The notes below the pieces were generated by a model. It saw nothing but the letters and a program-made list of their open reading frames with translations. It had not been told where the DNA came from and ran no database searches. A stretch of DNA of 64,000 nt from Eledone cirrhosa. Its lineage: Eukaryota. Below are positions 57,259 to 64,000 of the stretch, piece after piece. Numbering within the stretch: position 1 is the first letter of the stretch; each line of letters begins with the position of its first letter. Location: the NCBI GenBank assembly GCA_964016885.1, contig OZ024746.1, forward strand, positions 37,448,001-37,512,000. The letters are read 5' to 3'. The position numbers and the translations under genes are program-made.

Positions 57259-58925
57259 ATAATTTGGGAGGGTCATGTTGCCAATAAGAAACACAGGCAC
57301 CAGTTATTTGACTCCAATTTATTATAAATTAAAAAAGAATATTTTTTTGTATTTTTTCAAAAGGAATTTATAAATTTCCGGTTGGTTGTTTGGTTCTACA
57401 ACCGGTCGGTTGTTCATATATTGTCAAATTTCTTTCGTCACACATTATGTGACCTCTTCAGTGACTGGGGATTCTTTTCTTTGTTTTGTGCCTCTCCTTT
57501 GTTCTGTCCTACGGCATTTTGTTTCTGTGTGTGTGTTGTGTGCTTAGTTTACGCATGTGTTGTATGTGTCTCTCTAGTTCTTTGGGGTTGCACATGCGGG
57601 ACACGTTTCTCATCACCCGTATTAAATCCGCAATCAGTATGTTGATTTTAGTGTGATCCTAAACCTATTCATGGTATGTTGGGACAATAAACTTGAAGAA
57701 CAATTAGAAGACAGCAACCTCTTAACCCTGATAATGTACTCTCGCTACGTTGTTGATATAAACATCGTAGTAAAACACCCGCACTAGAGAACAGTCAGGA
57801 ATTAGAGAAAAACACAATGGAAAGCATCCAGCAAATAGCTAACTCCATCCACCAGAGTATTAGAGCTACTATAGACTACCCAAGCAAACACCCCAACCTT
57901 CGATTACCTGAACTAGACACAGAGCACTGGTCACAAACCATTAATAACTAAAAACAAATTCTCCATTCCCATTATGCCAAACCCATGACTTCCAAATATC
58001 TGATCCACCGAATCTCAGCTGTTTCGGATCACACCAAAATCAACATAATGATTGCGGATTTAGTACGGGTGATGAAGAACGTGTCCCGCATGTGCAACCC
58101 CAAAGAACTAGAGAGACACATACAACACTTCATCCACCGTATGCAGTTCTCTGGTTACAATCATAGAGATAAAATTAAAGTATATAGGGAGCCAGAAGCA
58201 AATGGAAAAAAATGGTAAATAATGATACAAATGGGACCTGCCATTTGTATAGGAGCAAATTTTGGAATAGAATAGAAAGGACTAGAGGTGAATTAACTTA
58301 CAAATTTAGAAGGGCCGTAGATAAACTTAAACTTAATATTAAGATAGTAGAAAGATCAGGTACCTCCATAAAAACACTTATTAGTAATAATAACCTTTTC
58401 AAAGACCACCCTGTATAGATAAAATATGCCTAATCTGTAAACTAAGCCGCCATATTGACAGTAAAACTAGAAACTTAGTATGTACCGAAGGACAATGTGA
58501 AGATAAGAATATAGTTTGCATAGGTGAGACAGCTCGTAGTATAGGAGAACGGTTAAATGAACACTGGCGAGAGCTTCAAGATAGAAAAGAATCATCAATA
58601 CTCCACCAACATGCTAAAATAGAACATAATGGCAAATTAGAGAACTTAGAAATAAAAATAAAATCTACACACAGAAAAGACGCATCGTTTAGACAAATCA
58701 CAGAGGCAATAAACATAAATGAACTCCAACCAAAATCAAATAGAAAAGCTGAATGGAATAGCAACATCACAACTTACAATTAAGGACAAAATGAAAACAC
58801 ACACACATAGAACAAAGAACCGACCAGTAACATGTAAATGAACAAATAAATAAACAAATAAAACACACACATACACCCGGATGTAACAAATGCGCAAACT
58901 AAGCACACACCACACACAAAACAAG
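57254..58925 (+). mobile_element. PLE of a third type (clade uncertain, possibly Nematis-like) with an inverted family B pLTR at its truncated 5' end
   Basis: Broken frames give YSRYVVDINIV, IANSIHQSIRATIDYPSKHPNLRLPELD, HYAKPMTSKYLIH...SA...LVRVMKNVS and the GIY-YIG IGETARSIGERLNEH...FRQITEAINI. An inverted pLTR lies at 57254-57560 with an HHR near 57423-57465. Confidence 0.85.
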
Positions 58926-59062
58926 AATATATATATATATCGTTTCTGAATTTGTTTAGCAAGATTCTTTATCAGAAAACGTGTGTTGAAACCGATATTG
59001 TTATACTTTGGGAGGGTCATATTGCCAATAAGAAACAAACGCACCAGTTACTTTCACTCCAA

Positions 59063-60131
59063 TCTATATATATAAAACTGTGGTTGTCTGTCTGTCTATC
59101 GATTTTTGGCACACATCTCCTCTTAGAATCTCTCACAGAATTGCACCGAAATTGCTATACTTGTACATTGAGCCCTAGCGAAGACATCGGAAAAAAATTT
59201 CAAATTGACCCACCCTATGTGACGAAATCGAATATAATAAATCGATTTTTGAGCGTAAGTTATCAGTTATTTCCCTTTGTTCTGTTTACATTTAGCGTCT
59301 TACGTAAACAATTACGCTGGCTTTCTCAGTCTTTGTTAATAAATAACCAGTGCAGTTTTTATCCCCAGCATCCTCTTTTGTTATAACATTCGGGTTATCG
59401 TTATGTTTTCTTAACTTCATAAGGCATATTGTTGGTTGAGGGAATATTAATCAAAAACACCACATGCAAGTCTGCACAGTAGACATTACAGTTTTTAAGC
59501 CAAAAAAGAAACTTAACATTGTAACTTTAACACAGCTACTGAGCGACCCCGTTTTGCTTCATTTCCATTTAAAAGCATCTTAAAACAATATTTTTACTTG
59601 AAAACAAGTCTATTTAAAGACTACGTAAAACAAGCAAATATTTCGTCGTTAGGCGTGCAGACAGACAGTCGTGCAGACAGACAGTCGTGCAGACAGACAG
59701 TCGTGCAGACAGACAGTCGTGCAGAGAGGTGATATAGGCGTGCAGACAGACAGTCGTGCAGAGAGGTGATATAGGCGTGCAGACAGACAGTCGTGCAGAG
59801 AGGTGATATAGGCGTGCAGACAGACATAACTGATAATTTGGTTACTCTAATGTTTTTCTCTGCGTTGCAGTGTTTACATTTTCGATCTTTGTTAATAAAT
59901 AACCAGTGCAGTTTCTATCCCCAGCATCCTCTTTTGTTATAACATTCGGGTTATCGTTATGTTTTCTTAACTTCATAAGGCATATTGTTGTTTGAGGGAA
60001 TATTAATCAAAAACACCACATGCAAGTCTGCACAGTAGACACTACAGTTTTTAAGCCAAGAAAGAAACTTAACATTGTAACTTTAACACAGCTACTGAGC
60101 GACCCCGAGCAACGCCGGGCTTTACTGCTAG
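59063..60131 (+). mobile_element. Non-autonomous Helitron
   Basis: 5' TCTATATATATAAAA, a subterminal GC hairpin cccg-agcaacgc-cggg and a 3' CTAG. It is inserted between A and T of family B sequence (actccaa|tttattataa) with no target duplication. Confidence 0.88.
59653..59826. repeat. Minisatellite inside the Helitron (16-bp cgtgcagacagacagt units alternating with a cgtgcagagaggtgatatagg variant)
   Basis: Directly visible. It lies between two ~220 bp direct repeats (about 59330-59550 and 59887-60106). Confidence 0.9.
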
Positions 60132-60720
60132 TTTATTATAAATTAAAAATATTTAAAAAAAAAAAAATTATAAATTTCCAGTTGGGCGGTTGGTTCCACA
60201 ACCGGGCGGTTGATCATATATTGTCAAAGTTCTTTCGTCACACATTATGTGACCTCTTCAGTGACTGGGGATTATTTTCTTTCTTTTGTCCTACGCCATC
60301 TTGTTTTTGTGTGTGTTGTGTGCTTAGTTTGCGCATGTGTTACATCCGGGTGTATGTGTGTGTTTTTCTTTGTTTATTTATTTGTTTATTTACATGTTAC
60401 TGGTTGGTTCTTTGTTCTATGTGTATGTGTTTTCATTTTGTCCTTAATTGTAAGGTGTGATGTTGCTATTCCATTCATGTTTTCTATTTGATTTTGGTTG
60501 GAGTTTATTTATGTTTATTGCATCTGTGATTTGTCTAAACATTGCGTCTTTTCTGTGTGTAGATTTTATTCTTATTTCTATGTTTTCTAATTTGCCCTTA
60601 TGTTCTATTTTAGCATGTTGGTGGAGTATTGATGATTCTTTTCTATCTTGAAGCTCTCGCCAGTGTTCATTTAACCGTTCTCCTATACTACGAGCTGTCT
60701 CACCTATGTAAACTATATTC

Positions 60721-60757
<37 letters not shown>

Positions 60758-60773
60758 TACACACACACATATA

Positions 60774-60849
<76 letters not shown>

Positions 60850-60854
<5 letters not shown>

Positions 60855-62690
60855 TAAACAAAGAAGAATATAATAACTTGATTTTAAAGGAACTTAGAAA
60901 AAATTATAAAAAAGCCCCGGCTGAAGATCTTACAGAAATTAATGAGGACGTATAGAAATTAATTACCAATTTAGGAATAGAAGGAAGAACTGAGCCACTT
61001 ATACCTAGGCAGCCGCAGATTAACTTAAAAGATCAGAAAAGAAACTTCGAGGAAGACCTGCCAGTTAGATTGATTGCTCTATCCAAACCGGATATTGGAG
61101 TAATCAGTAAAAACATCATCGATAGAATTCTACCTGCTCTTAAATTGAGATCTAAATTGAGCTTGTGGAAAGATACAAACAAAGTTATAGAATGGTCTAA
61201 GAATATAGATGATAAGAAAAACCATAAATTCATCCCGATGGGCATAACAAACTACTATTTTTCCATAACGCCCAACCTACTAAATAAGGCACTATCATAC
61301 GCTTATAAGCATACTGATCTAACCACGGATGAAATTAATATCATACTAACAGCTAGAAGAACTCTTATTAACTTCAGCAACGAATATTGGACCCGCTCAG
61401 ATAGAAAAAGAAACTTTGATATCATTATGGGGGGGGGGCATCTTCTTCAGCACAAATCGCAGATCCTCTGGGGATTTTCATATTAAATATGATAAATAGA
61501 AAACTGACGGAGATTACCGGTGGTTTATATAGGGACGACATTTTATTTACGGTGATCAAACTATATTGAACTAAATAGAGTAAAGACAAGCATAATAGAA
61601 TTCTTTAAAATGTATGACCTTAAGTTAGAAGTAGAAAGTTGTACCAAAATAGTTAATTTTCTTGATGTTACGTTTAACTTAAACTCTGGCATTTATTACC
61701 CTTTTCATAAGCCTAATGAAAACTTAAATTATGTTAGTTATTATTCCAATCACCCTTAGTTAGTAAAAAAAGCAATTGTAAATAGTGTGCAAAAACGCAT
61801 TAATAGAATATTTGCCAATAAAGCAATATTTGAGGAAATTGCAGGATACTACAATGAAGCGCTAAAAAGAGCAGGTTACGAGAATAATATAGAATATGTA
61901 GGTAATAATAATCCAAGTCTTAATCCTGATAAAAATAACGGCATATATAAACGAAATTCTAATAATTATAATTCTAATAATTATAACCTATACGGTGAAC
62001 AAATCGAGGAAAAGAATCAGAACTAACTCAGTTATATGCCCCCCCCCCCTCTGCTTCCGTAGCAGTAAGAATACTAATAGCAAACCTATTCTTTAAAGCT
62101 TTCGACAGTTCTTTCCCTAGTCAACATAAATACCATTCCATTTTTAATAGACACACTATTAAATTATCTTATTCTACAACTATGAACATGGCCCAAAACA
62201 TTGCTAAAATAAACAGTAAAATTCTAAAGCAGAATCAGCATAATGATTTTAATAATAGTGTTAACATAAATAATAATAAATCAAAATGTAATTGTAGAAA
62301 TAAACCAGATGGCCCTTTGCAAAATAATTGTTTGGACAGTAATTTGGTGTATAAATGCACCGTAAAAAACTGATTACAACACATAAAACTACATAGGATC
62401 GACTTCTTCTACATGTAAGGCTAGATTTGCGAATCATAAATGCTCATTTTCGAATTCTAATAGGAAATTATCGATTTCTTTATCACAGCTTATATGGTCA
62501 TTAAAAGACAAAAAGTTAAAATACTCTATCTTTTGGACGAAACTTTCTAATAGTGGAGTGTATCGCAACTCAAGTTGAGACCCTATTGATAATTAATAAT
62601 TATGAAAACTTAATTAACAAAAAAGTGAAATATTCACAAACTGCCTTCATAAAGCTTTGTCTACATTCCAAGCCTGGGTTTTAGACGTAC
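60850..62690 (+). mobile_element. Penelope-like retroelement, Naiad-type, degenerate (RT + GIY-YIG)
   Basis: LKDQKRNF...VRLIALSKPDIG, FDIIMG, GLYRDDIL, FLDVTFNL, IFNRHTIKLSYST, CNCRNKPDGPLQNNCL...VYKC and YIGSTSSTCKARFANH. Multiple frameshifts. Starts at (TA)n. Confidence 0.9.
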
Positions 62691-63087
62691 ATCATCAATT
62701 GTTGAAAATATAAATCATAATGGCTTATAAAACTTTAATAATGCTTTATCTTCTAATCGTTTATAATGGAAACAACGTTTGAATGACTTGACACTTGTTT
62801 AAGAACATGTTGGCAGGTTGATATACATAACCTATGGCTTTTGGGATATTATTATCTTTGATGCAGACCTTCATTTTTCTATCTCTGTTTTAAATATAGT
62901 TTTGTTATCTAGCCTGTAAATTGTTACGGTCCTTATTTTGAACTGTAGATCATTCATGCGTTTTATATATATCTAGGTATTTTATAGTTATGCATGTATG
63001 AATCTATTATCTATGAATGCAATCGTTATCCTTTACTAAATGTATACTGTCTCATTAATACTTAGTATATCTCTCTATATGTAGTTG

Positions 63088-63290
63088 GTGCAAATATGTT
63101 TATATTGTACAGTAACATAATCATAATTATAGTTCGGTATATATCTGTATATAGTTTTGTGCAAATATGTTTATAATGTATAATAACACAATCATAATTT
63201 TAGTTCGGTATAACTCTATATATAGCTTGTCCAAATATATATATATATATTTATATTGTATATGGACATAATCATGATTAGAGTTCGGTT
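63088..63290. repeat. ~70 bp tandem repeat x3
   Basis: gtgcaaatatgtttatattgta...cataatcataatt.tagttcggt recurs three times. Confidence 0.75.
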
Positions 63291-64000
63291 CTTCCTTAGA
63301 AGGCTGAACTAATGTAATGATCTAATATAATATATGAATAGATAATATAAATAATAATTTATAGTCCTCTTATTAAGATCAATGCACACATATATATATT
63401 TACAGCTGAAAACTATGGTTTAATTGTTATTCGTTAGACACTATAACTATTTAACAATAAATTCCTTGATAATTATAACTGTAAATACTTCATAAACTAT
63501 ATATATGGAAAATGTTGCAATGTTACAAGTAATAGTGTTAAATATTACATTTGCGTGAATATTGAACAGTATATATTTTTCTTTCGAGGGCTTTAAATTT
63601 GATTTCATAAAACTTTGAATTTTAGAAATTTAACACATTTATAAAATTTATAAAATGTATGACACAAATAACCATCAAGTTTTAAAACCTAAAATTTTGA
63701 TTCCTTACCCTAAATAACATAAATTAAATATTTAGACATTTAACCGACAAGGCAAGGCTATACATGTTTATATGTGTCTGAAGAATATTTGTGCATAAAT
63801 TACTCTCCTTTATCTCTCTCTCTCTTTAATTATCTATCAGTTACATTCTCAAACTAAAAACTAAAATAAATTATAACTCCAGATAGCTGTAGTCTTCCTC
63901 AATAGTCCTACGGTAGCATTTCAAACTTTAATAACTCTATAACATCCTCCTAATCTTGAAACGTTTGCTGATATAAAGAAATAACACAATAAATCCAAGT

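Larger units (their letters stand above)
58940..60722 (-). mobile_element. Second, oppositely oriented copy of the same PLE 3' end (GIY-YIG + family B pLTR), split by a Helitron
   Basis: Minus ORF NIVYIGETARSIGERLNEHWRELQDRKESSILHQH. About 60300-60722 is the reverse complement of about 58505-58925. HHR near 60223-60265. Confidence 0.85.

Noticed and set aside
59653-59826. Short repeats that could be mistaken for a CRISPR array
   Set aside because: There are no unique spacers, the context is eukaryotic and there are no cas genes. It is a minisatellite inside a Helitron.

Overview
AT-rich, microsatellite-dense eukaryotic DNA, most likely intergenic or intronic octopod cephalopod genome (inferred from the SINE family, Tx1-like LINE relics and (TA)n/(TG)n density). 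No intact host gene is evident, and most ORFs in the supplied track are microsatellite read-throughs. The window is dominated by decayed Penelope-like retroelements (PLEs) of at least three types: Naiad-type RT+GIY-YIG copies, a Neptune-type copy, and a third divergent type. Many sit in (TA)n tracts and have inverted (foldback) ends. It also holds six recognisable copies of one tRNA-headed Nin-domain SINE, a Chapaev3-type transposase relic, a non-autonomous Helitron and Tx1-like LINE fragments. The most notable signal is a dense set of type-I hammerhead ribozyme (HHR) motifs from about eight unrelated repeat families. These include two non-coding ~0.5 kb tandem arrays with one HHR per unit (retrozyme-like or PLE terminal-repeat (pLTR)-like) and two families whose core departs from CUGANGA in every copy (CAGAAGA, CCGAUGA). 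All structures were read by eye; element boundaries are approximate and no ribozyme activity is demonstrated.
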